Below, one piece after another: positions 19,257 to 30,524 of a stretch of DNA of 64,000 nt (its first letter is position 1; each line of letters begins with the position of its first letter). The stretch is from an uncultured Acidobacteriota bacterium. Lineage in GTDB: Bacteria > Acidobacteriota > UBA6911. The stretch lies in the NCBI GenBank assembly GCA_963843575.1, contig CAWJKZ010000019.1, positions 448,001 to 512,000 on the forward strand. The letters are read 5' to 3'. A program made the translations under genes and the position numbers. The notes under the pieces were generated by a model, which ran no database searches, was not told the DNA's origin, and worked only from the letters and a program-made list of their open reading frames with translations.

Positions 19257-22200
19257 ATGTCGGCTCAAATCCTCCGTCGAGCGGCTGCGGCCTGTGCCCT
19301 GCTGCTCTTGCTGACGGCATTCGCATACGCACAGTCTGACAACTCGACCATTTCGGGCATCGTCAAGGACCAGACCGGGGCTGCCGTTCCGGGCGCCCAG
19401 GTGACGGTCACAAACGAGAGCACCGGCTTCGAGCGTCAGGTGACCTCGAACGAACGCGGTTTCTACACCGTGACGAATATTCCGCCTGGCTATTACTCGA
19501 TCAAGGTGGGGTTGGCGGGCTTCAAGACAACCACCAGCACCCGGAACAAGCTGGAAGCCGCTGTTCCGCTGGCGGTCAACATCGATCTGACGGTCGGCGA
19601 GCTCGCGGAGGTCGTCAACGTCGAAGCCACGGCAGCGCAGATGAACACCGAGTCTGCCACCGTCGGAAAGACGGTCGAGGAGACGCAGATCCAGAACATG
19701 GCGCTGAACGGCCGCAACCCGCTGTTCCTGGCGTTGTTGAAACCCGGGGTGCGCCGCGGCTCGGTGGCCGGCTTCAGCTACGGTCTGGACTCCGCCGGCC
19801 TGACGATCAACGGCGGCCGTTCCCAGGACTCACTCATCACGTTTGACGGCGCGGTCGGCATCCGCACCCGGGCCAACGGCACTTCGATCGGCACGGCCGA
19901 CGTGGACACCATCCAGGAAGTCCAGATTCTCACCGCCAACTATTCGGCCGAATACGGACGATCCGCGGCAGGCCAGGTCCGGATGGTGACCAAGTCCGGC
20001 GGCAAAGACTTCCACGGCACTTTGTTCGAGTACCTCCGCAACGACGCGCTGGACGCGAACAGCTGGAGCCGCAACCGCAACCAGGCCACCAACTTCGTCT
20101 CCCCGTTCCGTTATAACCAGTTCGGCTACAACATCAACGGACCGGTGATGATCCCGGGCGTGTTCAACGCCAGCCGCGAAAAACTGTTCTTCCTGTGGAG
20201 CCAGGAATGGGTGCGCCGCCGGGCGGAGGAAACGCAATTCCAGCGCGTACCCTCCCTCAAGATGCGCAACGGCGACTTCAGCGAACTGCTCGGTTCGAAC
20301 ATTTTTTACAGCGGCACGCGCACCATCACCGATCCGCTGACGGGGCAGCCGTTCGACGGGAACATCATCCCGGCGAGCAGGCTCAGCCCGAACGGGATCG
20401 CATTTCTGCGCACCTACCCGGAACCGAACGGGTTGTACCAGGGGAACAACAACTTTACCAAGACGCGTCCCAACTGGCAGAACCAGCGCAAGGACATGAT
20501 CGCGATCGATTTCAACCCGGCCCCGACCCATTTCATCAAGTTCCGCCACGCCAACTACGCGTACACGGCCCTCGATACCTTCCGGACAGGGTTCGACTAC
20601 GCCATCACCGACTGGTACGCGCCCGAACAAGACCGCCAGCCTCGGCCACACCTGGACGCTCAGCCCGACGACGATCAACGAAGTTCCTCGTCTCGGCTTC
20701 GGTGGACCGCGTGTTCATCGGCGTCGACCGCACGGGCGAGCGCTACCTGCGCTCGCGCCCCGGCATCAACTACCCGTACATCTTCCCCGAGCGCAAGGAG
20801 ATCTACGACAAGGTCCCGACCATCGAGATCCCCAACGTGGGCACGATCGACGGCGGGCCGTATCCGTCGAGCTCCGACCGGGCCCATCTATCAGGTCTCG
20901 AACAACTTCACCAAGATCGGAGCAACCACACGTTCAAGATGGGCGTCCTGTGGGAGCGTTCCGGCCAGAACGACTTCGACCAGATCAACGTCTCCGGCGT
21001 TCCGGGCGGCACCAACAACCAGAACGGCCGCTTCATCTTCACCGACACCCGTCCGGCGGCGCGGCAGCCGGCACCGGCCTGGCCAATGCCGCACTGGGCC
21101 TCTTCTCGACCTACGCCGAGATCGGCCCGCGCGCCTTCACGCCCTACCGCAGCCACATGTTCGAGTTCTTCGGACAGGATTCCTGGCGCGTCAACCGCCA
21201 AGCTGAAGCTGGAACTCGGCGTCCGCGCCACGTGGATGAACGGTTACTACAAGTCGCTGTGGGGCAACATCGCCGTCTTCCGTCCGGAGAAGTACGACCC
21301 GTCCAAGGCGGCCGTGGTGGACCGCGCCACCGGCAACGATCCTCAGCGGCGACCGCTACAATGGCGTCGTCATTCCGGGCTCGTCCTTCCCGGATGCCGG
21401 CAAGGGCCGGGTGCCGGCGATCGACAGCGGCGAGTACAACCGGCTGCTGTACGGGCGGCAGCCCGTACCCGTCTCCGAACCAGTGGAACGTCATGCCGCG
21501 CCTCGGCTTCGCCTACTCGCTGACCGGCGAAGGACGTGATCCGCGCCGGCTTCGGCGGCTTCGTGTCCCGTCCCCGGCGTGTACGACAGCGTCTTCCTCG
21601 GCGGCAACCCGCCGTGGCAGCCCATGGTTTCGGTGACGAACGGCATCGCCGACAACCCGGGCGGCGGTCCGCGCACGGCCTTCCCGCAGTTCTTCATGAC
21701 CGTCGACCCGGCGTACAAGATCCCGCACCGCCTACAACTGGAACATTACGTACCAGCGGCAGATCACCAACGACACGACGGTCGAAGTCGGCTACGTCGG
21801 CACCACCGGGACTCACCTCGGCCGCGAGCGCGACCTGAACCAGTTGCCCACCGGCACGACCTTCAAACCGGAGAACGCCGGCGCGAACGTCGAACTTCCT
21901 GCGCCCCTATCTCGGGTTTGCCAACATCCCCATGCTCGAGCACTCCGGCCGCAGCAAGTACAACGGCCTGCAGGTCGAAGTGAACCGCCGCTTCACCAAA
22001 GGGCTGCTCTACGGCTTCGCCTACACGCTGTCGAAGGCGATGGACAACAACTCCGGTCTGCGCGACGGCTTCATCGACGTCTACAACCAGGACCTGAACT
22101 GGGGCAAGTCCGACAACGACACCCGCCACGTCGTCGGTCATCAACTTCGTCTGGGAGATGCCGTTCTTCAACAAGAGGCACCGGCATCGCCAAGGTCGCG

Positions 22201-22704
22201 CTCGGCGGCTGGCAGGTCTCGGGCGTGATCCAGTTCCAGACCGGCGCGCCGTTCACCGATCGCCACGGTCGACGATTACCTCGGCATCGGCTCGACCAAC
22301 GACAAGCCGTGGAACCTGAACGGCGAGCCCGACCTGCCGCAGAAGTTCGCCAACGCGAACTGCCAGCCGGCAACTACACCGGCGTCACGGACTTCTGGTT
22401 CACCCCGACCGTCGACGGCCAGCCCTGGGCCACCAAGCCGGCCAACGGCACGCTGCCGAACCAGAACCGCAATTCGATCGGCTTCAACAACGTCGGCTTC
22501 CAGAACTGGAACCTGGCGCTGTTCAAGGCATTCCGCATCACCGAGCGGCCAGGCGTTCCAGTTCCGCGTCGAGGGCTTCAACTGGCTCAACCATCCGAAC
22601 TGGGGCGGCGTGGACACCAACCCGACGTCGCTCCACGTTCGGCATGGTCACCGAGCAAGAGCAGCGAGCGCAACATGCAGGTCGCCCTGCGGCTGACGTT
22701 CTAG
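19257..22704 (+). CDS. TonB-dependent receptor (Oar-like), many frameshifts after about 20620
   Basis: Signal peptide, GIVKDQTGAAVPGA, LNGRN, NYSAEYGR; later segments in alternating frames; C-terminal RNMQVALRLTF. Confidence 0.88.
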
Positions 22705-22708
22705 CTGT

Positions 22709-22810
22709 GGAGTGCGGCGCCTGGGCGCCGCTTTTGCTTAGTTCCTAAGGCCGGGATGCCCGGCGCCTAGGCGCCGGGATCAAAGCGGCGTCGAGCCGCC
22801 GCACTCCATA
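22709..22810. repeat. REP family 2 inverted doublet between convergent genes
   Basis: GGAGTGCGGCGCCTGGGCGCCGCTTT...AAAGCGGCGTCGAGCCGCCGCACTCC. Confidence 0.8.
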
Positions 22811-23408
22811 TTATCGGGCGAGCAGATACAGGCCGAAGGCGGCCAGCGCCAGCGGCCGACGCGCCGATCAGCGCCCGGTTGACCCGGTGCCCGAAGCTGC
22901 GGGCGCCGTGCGACAGCATCACCATCCCCGCCATGGCGGCGATCATCGTCACGTAAAACGAAGCCACGACCGCCACCCCGTTCGCCGGCGCCTCCCGCCA
23001 CCCCCTCAGCAGCATCGGCCCCAGCACCAGGCTCCACCCGAGATAGCAGTTCGGATTGAGGAAGTTCACCAGCGCCGCCTTGAGCAGCGTCCGGTCGCCG
23101 CGCGCGTCGTCGGCCGGCCCACGGGCGTCGTACGTGCGCCACGTGCGCCACGCCCCCAGCGCCAGGTAGAGGACGTACAGGCCGCCCGGGATCGACAGCA
23201 GCTGCAGCACGCGCACCGGCGTCCGGCTCAACAGCAGCAGCATGACGACCGCGATCGGGCCGTCGCTGATCAGTGGGGCGAAAATCGCCGGGAGCGTGCG
23301 GCGCCAGCCGGATTTGAGGGTTTCGGCCACCAGGTAGGTCGCCAGCGGTCCCGGTTGCACGGCCGCCGCGAACCCGTACGCGGCCCCCTGGATCAGATGT
23401 ATCAGCAT
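22811..23408 (-). CDS. LysE family translocator (frameshift near 22850)
   Basis: AAVQPGP, LYVLYLA, VNFLNP; true C-terminus ALAAFGLYLLAR* is in a shifted frame. Confidence 0.85.
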
Positions 23409-23423
23409 AAAAGAAGAGTGCAA

Positions 23424-24761
23424 TCACTCGCGGCTGGAGACGCCGTACTCCTTGAGCCGGTATTGGAGCGTCCGCAGGCTGATGCCGAGCTCCTCCGCCG
23501 TGAGCCGCCGCTCCCCCTTGTTGCGGGCCAGCGACTCCAGGATCGCCGCCTTCTCCATTTCGGCCAGCGACCCCGGACGCGCCGCGCCCGGGCGCGCCTC
23601 CGTCTGCATCGGGAGATCCTCGGGCTCGATCGCCCCCGACCGGGAGACGATGAGCGCCCGCTCGACGGCGTTGGACAGTTCGCGGACGTTCCCCGGCCAG
23701 TCGTAGCCGCGGAGCAGCTCCTGCGCCGCCGGACCGAGCGCCGCGGCGGGCCGCCCCATCCGCAGGGAAAACTTGCGCAGGAAGTGCTCCGCGAGCGGGA
23801 TCACGTCCTCGCGCCGTTCGCGCAGCGGGGGGATCGGGATCGGAAAGACGTTGAGCCGATAGTACAGATCCTCGCGGAACGTCCGGGCGGCGAGCGCTTC
23901 GGTCAGGTCCCGGTTGGTCGCCGCGATGACGCGCACGTCGACGCTGATGGAGCGCTGGCCCCCGACCCTCTCGAACTGCTGCTCCTGCAGGACGCGCAGG
24001 AACTTGGCCTGGACGTTCATCCCCATTTCGGCGACCTCGTCCAGGAACAGGGTGCCGCCGTGGGCGAGCTCGAAACGGCCCCGGCGCATCTGCGCGGCCC
24101 CGGTGAACGCCCCCTTCTCGTGCCCGAACAGCTCGGATTCGAGCAGGCTCTCGGTGATGGCGGCGCAGTTCAGGGCGACGAACGGCGCGTCCCGCCGCGG
24201 GCTGCGCCGGTGGATGAAGCGCGCGACCACTTCCTTGCCCGTCCCCGACTCCCCGGTGAGCAGCACGGTCGTCGGCTGCGCCGCGACCTGCTCGGCGAAT
24301 CGCAGGACGCGCTTGATGCCGTCGCTCTCGGCGACCACGTCCGACGGGAACGCCGCCTCGGTCTCCTGCTGGTGCAGCAGCCGTTCCTCGCGCAGCCCGC
24401 GGTTGTGCAGCACCTTCGCGACGGCCAGCCGCAGCTCCTCCGGGCTCTTGAGCGGCTTGATGAGGTACTCTTCCGCCCCGAGCTTCACCGCCTCGACCGC
24501 GGTCTCGACCGAGCCGTAGGCGGTCAGCACGATGACGGGGGTCTCCGGCGCCTTCTCGCGCATCCAGCGGATCAGCTCGATCCCGCCCACGCCCGGCATC
24601 CGCTCGTCGGTGATGACGAGGTCGAAGCTGCGGTTGGCGAGCAGCTGCATCGCCTCGCTCCCGTCCGCGGCGGCGACCACGGAGTAGTCCCGGGACAGGG
24701 ACCCGCTCAGCAGCTGCCGCTGCGCGGGCTCGTCGTCGACGACCAGCACGGTGCGCTTCAT
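23424..24761 (-). CDS. Sigma54-dependent response regulator (NtrC/ZraR type)
   Basis: VLVVDDE, TDERMP, GESGTGKE, GAFTGA, WPGNVREL, C-terminal HTH. Confidence 0.95.
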   Translation of the reverse strand: MKRTVLVVDDEPAQRQLLSGSLSRDYSVVAAADGSEAMQLLANRSFDLVITDERMPGVGGIELIRWMREKAPETPVIVLTAYGSVETAVEAVKLGAEEYLIKPLKSPEELRLAVAKVLHNRGLREERLLHQQETEAAFPSDVVAESDGIKRVLRFAEQVAAQPTTVLLTGESGTGKEVVARFIHRRSPRRDAPFVALNCAAITESLLESELFGHEKGAFTGAAQMRRGRFELAHGGTLFLDEVAEMGMNVQAKFLRVLQEQQFERVGGQRSISVDVRVIAATNRDLTEALAARTFREDLYYRLNVFPIPIPPLRERREDVIPLAEHFLRKFSLRMGRPAAALGPAAQELLRGYDWPGNVRELSNAVERALIVSRSGAIEPEDLPMQTEARPGAARPGSLAEMEKAAILESLARNKGERRLTAEELGISLRTLQYRLKEYGVSSRE

Positions 24762-26038
24762 GGGTTCGCCTCGCGCGCCTCCCGCGGTTCGAGATCGGGC
24801 AGCCGGATGGAGCAGAGGGCCCCCCCGAGCCGTCCGTTGGCCAGCACGATGCTGCCCCCCAGAGCTTCCACGATCTGGCGCGAAACCGCAAGGCCCAACC
24901 CGGTGCCGCGCGTTTTCGTCGTGACGAACGGCTGGAACAGCTCCTCGGGGTCGCGGCCGCCGAACCCTGCGCCGCTGTCTCCTATCTCGACGAGGAGCGC
25001 GCGGCCGCGCTCCTCGCGCCGGGCGCTCAGCGAGACGCGCCCCTCGCGCGGCACCGCGTCCAACGCGTTCGAGAGCACGTTGAGCAGGACCTGCCGCAGG
25101 CCATTCGGGTCGGAGCGCGCCTTGAGCCCCGGCGGGACCGACGTCTCGAGCTCGACCCCGGCGACCTGCAGGCGCTGGCGTAACAGCGTCCGCAGCTCCG
25201 CGACCAGCTCCGCCACGTCGAATTCCTCTGCCTGCGTCCCCTTGGGGCGCGCGAAGTCGAGCAGGTCCGAGACCAGCCGTTCCAGCCGTTCCGCCTCGCT
25301 CACCACCGTGCGCATGGCCGCCTGCGCGCCGTGCTCCGGGGGCAATTCCTCCTGCGCCAGCTGCGTCAGCCCTTTCATGGCCCCGAGCGGGTTGCGGATT
25401 TCGTGGGCCAGCGCCGCCGCCATCGTCCCGAGCGCCCGGAGGTGCTGCTGGGCGCGTTCGCGCGCCTCGAGCTCGAGGAAGCGGCGGATCACGCGCAGCA
25501 GCAGCATCGACAGCAGCACCAGGAAGGCCACCGCGACGCCGGAGACCGCCAGGTGCACGTACGCCTGGTTCCGGATGAACGCCGCCCCCGACCCGTAGAG
25601 GCCGACGCGGAGCCGCCAGCCCGCGATCTGGGCGGTCGCCCCGGCGTGCTGCGCCCCGCGCCCCGGTACCAGCGGCAGCTCGGAGACGTAGACCTCCCCG
25701 GGTGTCGGTGCCGCGGCGCCCGCGTGCGCGAGCACCGTCCCCGGCTGGTCGACCACCTCGAGGTATGCGACCGTGTCCGCGTAGACGGGGTAGCTCTCCT
25801 CCAGCAGCGACTGCCAGAACTGCGCGTTGTTGCGCCGCCCCGGGCCGCGGGCCTGCGCCTCGACGGCCGCTGCGATCTCGCGGCCGCGGTTGGAGAGGTA
25901 TTGCGTGCGCAGCCGCAGCAGCGTGGTGAAGGTGAAGAGCGCGCTGGTCGCCAGGCACGCGGAAATCAGGACCACGGCGGCGACGAAGAGCCTCGTCGGA
26001 AAGGCACGCGAATGCTGGTCCCTTCGCGGAGAACTCAT
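24758..26038 (-). CDS. Membrane sensor histidine kinase
   Basis: Two TMs, AHEIRNPL, LNVLSNA, DSGAG, GTGLGL. Confidence 0.93.
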   Translation of the reverse strand: MSSPRRDQHSRAFPTRLFVAAVVLISACLATSALFTFTTLLRLRTQYLSNRGREIAAAVEAQARGPGRRNNAQFWQSLLEESYPVYADTVAYLEVVDQPGTVLAHAGAAAPTPGEVYVSELPLVPGRGAQHAGATAQIAGWRLRVGLYGSGAAFIRNQAYVHLAVSGVAVAFLVLLSMLLLRVIRRFLELEARERAQQHLRALGTMAAALAHEIRNPLGAMKGLTQLAQEELPPEHGAQAAMRTVVSEAERLERLVSDLLDFARPKGTQAEEFDVAELVAELRTLLRQRLQVAGVELETSVPPGLKARSDPNGLRQVLLNVLSNALDAVPREGRVSLSARREERGRALLVEIGDSGAGFGGRDPEELFQPFVTTKTRGTGLGLAVSRQIVEALGGSIVLANGRLGGALCSIRLPDLEPREAREANP

Positions 26039-26058
26039 GGCAACGCTAGTGTATACCA

Positions 26059-26256
26059 TGGAGTGCGGCGCCTCGGCGCCGCTTTGCTCAGTTCCTGAGG
26101 CCGGGATGGCCGGCGCCTAGGCGCCGGGATCAAAGCGGCGTCGAGCCGTGCCGGCGGCGCCGAAATCGAAACGCCGCAATATGGAGTGCGGCGCCTGGGC
26201 GCCGCTTTGCTTAGTTCCTAAGGCCGGGATGGCCGGCGCCTAGGCGCCGCACTCCA
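26059..26256. repeat. REP family 2 cluster (two related units)
   Basis: Near-identical to 22709-22810, including the linker GTTCCT[A/G]AGGCCGGGATG. Confidence 0.8.
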
Positions 26257-26318
26257 CGCCACTTGTTTTGCGTCTTCCGGGTCGGCTATCCTAGCGGCAT
26301 ATCGAGAGGAGATTTCCT

Positions 26319-27695
26319 ATGCCATCTACCAGTCGCCGCGAATTCATCAAGCAGGCAGCGTTGAGCACCGGGGTGGCGGCCGCGCCGGCCGTGCGCGTTT
26401 CCTGGGGGCGCAGCAGCCCCAACGAGCGAGTCAACATCGGGGTGGTCGGCTTCCGCAACCGCGGGCGCGACCACTATCGCGCCTTCGCCGGCCTCGCCAA
26501 CGTGCGCGTCGCCTACCTGTGCGACGTCGATGAGCGCCTGTTGCCGCCGGCGGTCGACGAGGTGGAAAAAGCCGCGGGCTACCGTCCGGCGACCTTCGTC
26601 GACCTGCGCAAGCTGCTCGAGCAGAAGGACCTGGACGCCGTCTCGATCGCGACCCCGGACCACTGGCACGCGCTGCAAACGATCTGGGCCTGCCAGGCCG
26701 GCAAGGACGTCTACGTCGAAAAGCCCGTCTGCCACAACCTGCTCGAGGGGCGCAAGATGGTCGACGCGGCCCGCAAGCACAACCGGATCGTCCAGGTCGG
26801 GCTCAACCGGCGCAGCGAGGTGAAAAACCGCGCCGGCGCCCGCTTCGTGCACGCGGGGGCGTTCGGCAAGGCCTACCGCGCCAAGGCCGTCGTCTACCGC
26901 GGCCGCACCAGCGTCGGCCGCACCCCCGTCGTGCCGGTCCCTCAGGGCGTGCACTGGGACCTCTTCCTCGGCCCCGCGCCGGAGCACCCCTTCACGCTCA
27001 ACCGTTTCCACTACGGCTGGCACTACTTCTGGGAGACCGCCACCACCGAGGTCGGCAACAACGGCGTCCACGCCCTCGACATCCTGCGCTGGGGCCTGGG
27101 CAAGGACGTCCACCCGGTGAAGATCCACTGCTACGGCGGGTTCTACGAGGACAACTCGGACCAGGAGACGCCCAACCTGCAGAACGCCTACTTCGAATAC
27201 GCCGACGGCACCCTGGTCGAACTCGAAGCCACGACGCTCCCGAGCCCGTCGTTCGGCGGCGTCCAGATGGGCGAGTTCTTCTACACCTCCCGCGGCTACA
27301 TCACCTCCGCGCAGGACTGGAGCGCCGTCGTCGGCGACTTCGTCCCGGGCAACACGCCCGACCCGCCGTCGGGTGTCTCGCTGCGCGCCTCCAACCTGAG
27401 CTTCCCCAGGATCTCCTACAACCCGGGTCCCGCGATCCCGCCGCTGGAGGAACCGGAGGTGAGCCACTTCCAGAATTTCGTCGACTGCGTGCGGTCGCGC
27501 AAGAGGGAAGACCTGCACTGCGAGATGCTCGAGGGACACATGTCCACGGCCCTGTGCCACCTCGCGAACATCGCGTTCCGGACCGGCCGCAGGCTTACCT
27601 TCGACCCGGCCACCGAGACGTTCCCCGGGGACGAGGAGGCCAACCGCTACCTCACCCGCGAGTACCGAGCGCCGTTCGTGCTCCCGAAGGTTTAG
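26319..27695 (+). CDS. Tat-exported Gfo/Idh/MocA oxidoreductase
   Basis: SRREFIK, SPNERVNIGVVG, ATPDHWH, DVYVEKP. Confidence 0.93.
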   Translation: MPSTSRREFIKQAALSTGVAAAPAVRVSWGRSSPNERVNIGVVGFRNRGRDHYRAFAGLANVRVAYLCDVDERLLPPAVDEVEKAAGYRPATFVDLRKLLEQKDLDAVSIATPDHWHALQTIWACQAGKDVYVEKPVCHNLLEGRKMVDAARKHNRIVQVGLNRRSEVKNRAGARFVHAGAFGKAYRAKAVVYRGRTSVGRTPVVPVPQGVHWDLFLGPAPEHPFTLNRFHYGWHYFWETATTEVGNNGVHALDILRWGLGKDVHPVKIHCYGGFYEDNSDQETPNLQNAYFEYADGTLVELEATTLPSPSFGGVQMGEFFYTSRGYITSAQDWSAVVGDFVPGNTPDPPSGVSLRASNLSFPRISYNPGPAIPPLEEPEVSHFQNFVDCVRSRKREDLHCEMLEGHMSTALCHLANIAFRTGRRLTFDPATETFPGDEEANRYLTREYRAPFVLPKV

Positions 27696-27778
27696 AGGAG
27701 ACATTTAACAAAACTCGCCACGGAGGACACGGAAAAAAGTCTTCGAGGTGAGCTTTACACCAAACCCAGGAGTTTCCT

Positions 27779-28285
27779 ATGGCACAGATCAGCTTCAAAG
27801 GCAGTCCCATCCACACCTCCGGCGCCCTCCCCGGCCCCGGTCAGGCCGCGCCGAACTTCACCGTCACCATGGCCGACCTGAGCGAAATGTCGCTCTCCGA
27901 CCTGAAGGGGAGGCGCGTCGTCCTGAACATCTTCCCCAGCATCGACACCTCGGTGTGCGCCGCGTCGGTGCGCAGGTTCAACGCCGAGGCCACGAAGCTC
28001 GAAAACACGTCGGTCCTGTGCATCTCGAGAGACCTCCCCTTCGCGCAGAAGCGGTTCTGCGCGGCCGAGGGGCTCGACCACGTGATCACGGCCTCGGAAT
28101 ACAAGGACGACAACTTCTCGCGCGCCTACGGCGTCAAGATGGTGGACGGCCCGCTGAAGGGCCTGTTGTCGCGGGCCGTGGTGGTGGTGGACGAAAGCGG
28201 GCTGGTGCTGCACGCCGAGCAGGTCCCCGAGATCACCCAGGAACCAGACTACGCCGCCGCCCTGGCCGCCCTGCGGACAAGGTGA
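27779..28285 (+). CDS. tpx: Thiol peroxidase (atypical 2-Cys peroxiredoxin)
   Basis: FPSIDTSVC, ISRDLPFAQKRFC, LLSRAVVV, EPDY. Confidence 0.96.
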   Translation: MAQISFKGSPIHTSGALPGPGQAAPNFTVTMADLSEMSLSDLKGRRVVLNIFPSIDTSVCAASVRRFNAEATKLENTSVLCISRDLPFAQKRFCAAEGLDHVITASEYKDDNFSRAYGVKMVDGPLKGLLSRAVVVVDESGLVLHAEQVPEITQEPDYAAALAALRTR

Positions 28286-28303
28286 CCGGAGTGGCATTAT
28301 CGC

Positions 28304-28436
28304 AAGTGGGTCCGGGCTTCAGCCCGGACGCCTTTTGCAGTCGCTATTGAGTGCATCTGTCACGATATGAAAGGGTTTTAAAGGCGTCCGGGCTGAAGCC
28401 CGGACCCACTTGGCTAAAGCCCGGACCCACTTGGGA
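28304..28436. repeat. REP family 1 REPIN plus a partial extra REP
   Basis: Reverse complement of the REPIN unit in the 29.3-30.5 kb array; overlaps the 3' end of the PIG-L gene. Confidence 0.85.
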
Positions 28437-29265
28437 CCGCATTCTCCCGGACATATCTCTCGACGGGGGACTCGCCTTCGGAGGGCCGCTGGTCGGTGTA
28501 CTGGAACGCCTCCGCGTAGGCGCAGCCGTGGCTCCTGCCCAGCTCCTCGTACTCGGCCAGCAGGAACTTCCGGACGTACTCGCGGTCGGCCGTCCGGTCG
28601 TCGCCACCGAGGAGCGGCAGCCGGCGCCCCTCCCGCGCCAGCCTGGACCTCAGCTTCGACCCGGCGCCGCCGTCCCCCTGCGACCGGCACTCGACGATGG
28701 CGTCGATCTTGCGCTCGATCACGGAGCTGATGTCAACGACGCGGTTGGACGGCTGGCCCGGGCGCGCCACGAAGTAGTACCGCTCCCGGACGGCGTGCGG
28801 CAGTATCCCGGCCTCGGCGTGTTCCGGGTAGTCCCCCGCCATGCCCGACATCCAGCACGCCTCCTCGACGGCCCGCCCCGTCACCCAGTGATCGGGGTTC
28901 TCCTCGCCGTGCCCCCACGGGTTGAAGCTCAGGACGATGTCGACCTTGAGGTGCCGGAAGAGGAAGATCAGCCGCGACCGCAGCTCCTGGCTCGAGATGT
29001 CGTTCATCCGGTGATTGCGGTAGTAGAAATCGAACACGCCGGAAACCCCCAGGGCGGTGGCCATCCGCTGGTGCTCCGCCTCGTTGCTCTTTATGTTGAG
29101 GGCCGGGGAGCCTCCGCCGCACTTCTCGTCGTTGGTGGTGCGGATGATGTAGCCGGCGGCGCCCTCCTGGACCAGCTTGGCCAGGGTGCCGCCGCAGTAG
29201 TACGGGATGTCGTCCAGGTGCGCGTGGACCGCAGCGAAGACTTTGCCGGTGTGTGGATTCGACAT
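28414..29265 (-). CDS. PIG-L/LmbE family deacetylase (no signal peptide)
   Basis: HAHLDD, ENPDH, YAEAF motifs. Confidence 0.88.
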   Translation of the reverse strand: MSNPHTGKVFAAVHAHLDDIPYYCGGTLAKLVQEGAAGYIIRTTNDEKCGGGSPALNIKSNEAEHQRMATALGVSGVFDFYYRNHRMNDISSQELRSRLIFLFRHLKVDIVLSFNPWGHGEENPDHWVTGRAVEEACWMSGMAGDYPEHAEAGILPHAVRERYYFVARPGQPSNRVVDISSVIERKIDAIVECRSQGDGGAGSKLRSRLAREGRRLPLLGGDDRTADREYVRKFLLAEYEELGRSHGCAYAEAFQYTDQRPSEGESPVERYVRENAVPSGSGL

Positions 29266-29284
29266 GATGGCCCTCAGCAAAAGA

Positions 29285-30514
29285 AAAGGCAAGCATGATC
29301 CCAAGTGGGTCCGGGCTTCAGCCCGGACGTTTTTAAAACCGTTTCATATCGTGACAGACGCACCGCGTAGCCACTGCAAAAGGCAAGCATGATCCCAAGT
29401 GGGTCCGGGCTTCAGCCCGGACGTTTTTAAAACCGTTTCGTATCGTGACAGACGCACTGCGTAGCCACTGCAAAAGGCAAGCATGATCCCAAGTGGGTCC
29501 GGGCTTCAGCCCGGACGTTTTTAAAACCGTTTCATATCGTGACAGACGCACCGCGTAGCCACTGCAAAAGGCAAGCATGATCCCAAGTGGGTCCGGGCTT
29601 CAGCCCGGACGTTTTCAAAACCGTTTCATATCGTGACAGACGCACCGCGTAGCCACTGCAAAAGGCAAGCATGATCCCAAGTGGGTCCGGGCTTCAGCCC
29701 GGACGTTTTCAAAACCGTTTCATATCGTGACAGACGCACCGCGTAGCCACTGCAAAAGGCAAGCATGATCCCAAGTGGGTCCGGGCTTCAGCCCGGACGT
29801 TCTTAAAACCGTTCCGTATCGTGACAGATGCACTCAATAGCGACTGCAAAAGGCGTCCGGGCTGAAGCCCGGACCCACTAAGTGTGCGCACATGACGTTT
29901 TCAAAACCGTTTCATATCGTGACAGACGCACCGCGTAGCCACTGCAAAAGGCAAGCATGATCCCAAGTGGGTCCGGGCTTCAGCCCGGACGTTCTTAAAA
30001 CCGTTCCGTATCGTGACAGATGCACTCAATAGCGACTGCAAAAGGCGTCCGGGCTGAAGCCCGGACCCACTAAGTGTGCGCACATGACGTTTTTAAAACC
30101 GTTTCATATCGTGACAGACGCACTCAATAGCGACTGCAAAAGGCGTCCGGGCTGAAGCCCGGACCCACTAAGTGTGCGCACATGACGTTCTTAAAACCGT
30201 TCCGTATCGTGACAGATGCACTCAATAGCGACTGCAAAAGGCGTCCGGGCTGAAGCCCGGACCCACTAAGTGTGCGCACATGACGTTTTTAAAACCGTTT
30301 CATATCGTGACAGATGCACTCAATAGCGACTGCAAAAGGCGTCCGGGCTGAAGCCCGGACCCACTAAGTGTGCGCACATGACGTTTTTAAAACCGTTCCG
30401 TATCGTGACAGATGCACTCAATAGCGACTGCAAAAGGCGTCCGGGCTGAAGCCCGGACCCACTAAGTGTGCGCACATGACGATTTTAAAACCGTTTCATA
30501 TCGTGACAGATGCG
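29285..30514. repeat. 1.2-kb tandem array of REP family 1 derivatives (94-bp A units, 98-bp B units, 13 REP palindromes)
   Basis: A-unit marker AAGCATGATC at 29291, 29385, 29479, 29573, 29667, 29761 and 29953; B-unit marker TAAGTGTGCGCACAT at 29879, 30071, 30169, 30267, 30365 and 30463. Confidence 0.95.
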
Positions 30515-30524
30515 TATATTTGTT

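Noticed and set aside
19257-22704. Programmed frameshifting or phase variation in the TBDR
   Set aside because: There are too many scattered single-base indels without slippery or simple-sequence tracts, which fits sequencing error.
29285-30514. CRISPR array
   Set aside because: The intervening sequences are near-identical rather than unique spacers, the period is 94/98 bp, the palindrome recurs elsewhere as a REP, and no cas genes are present.
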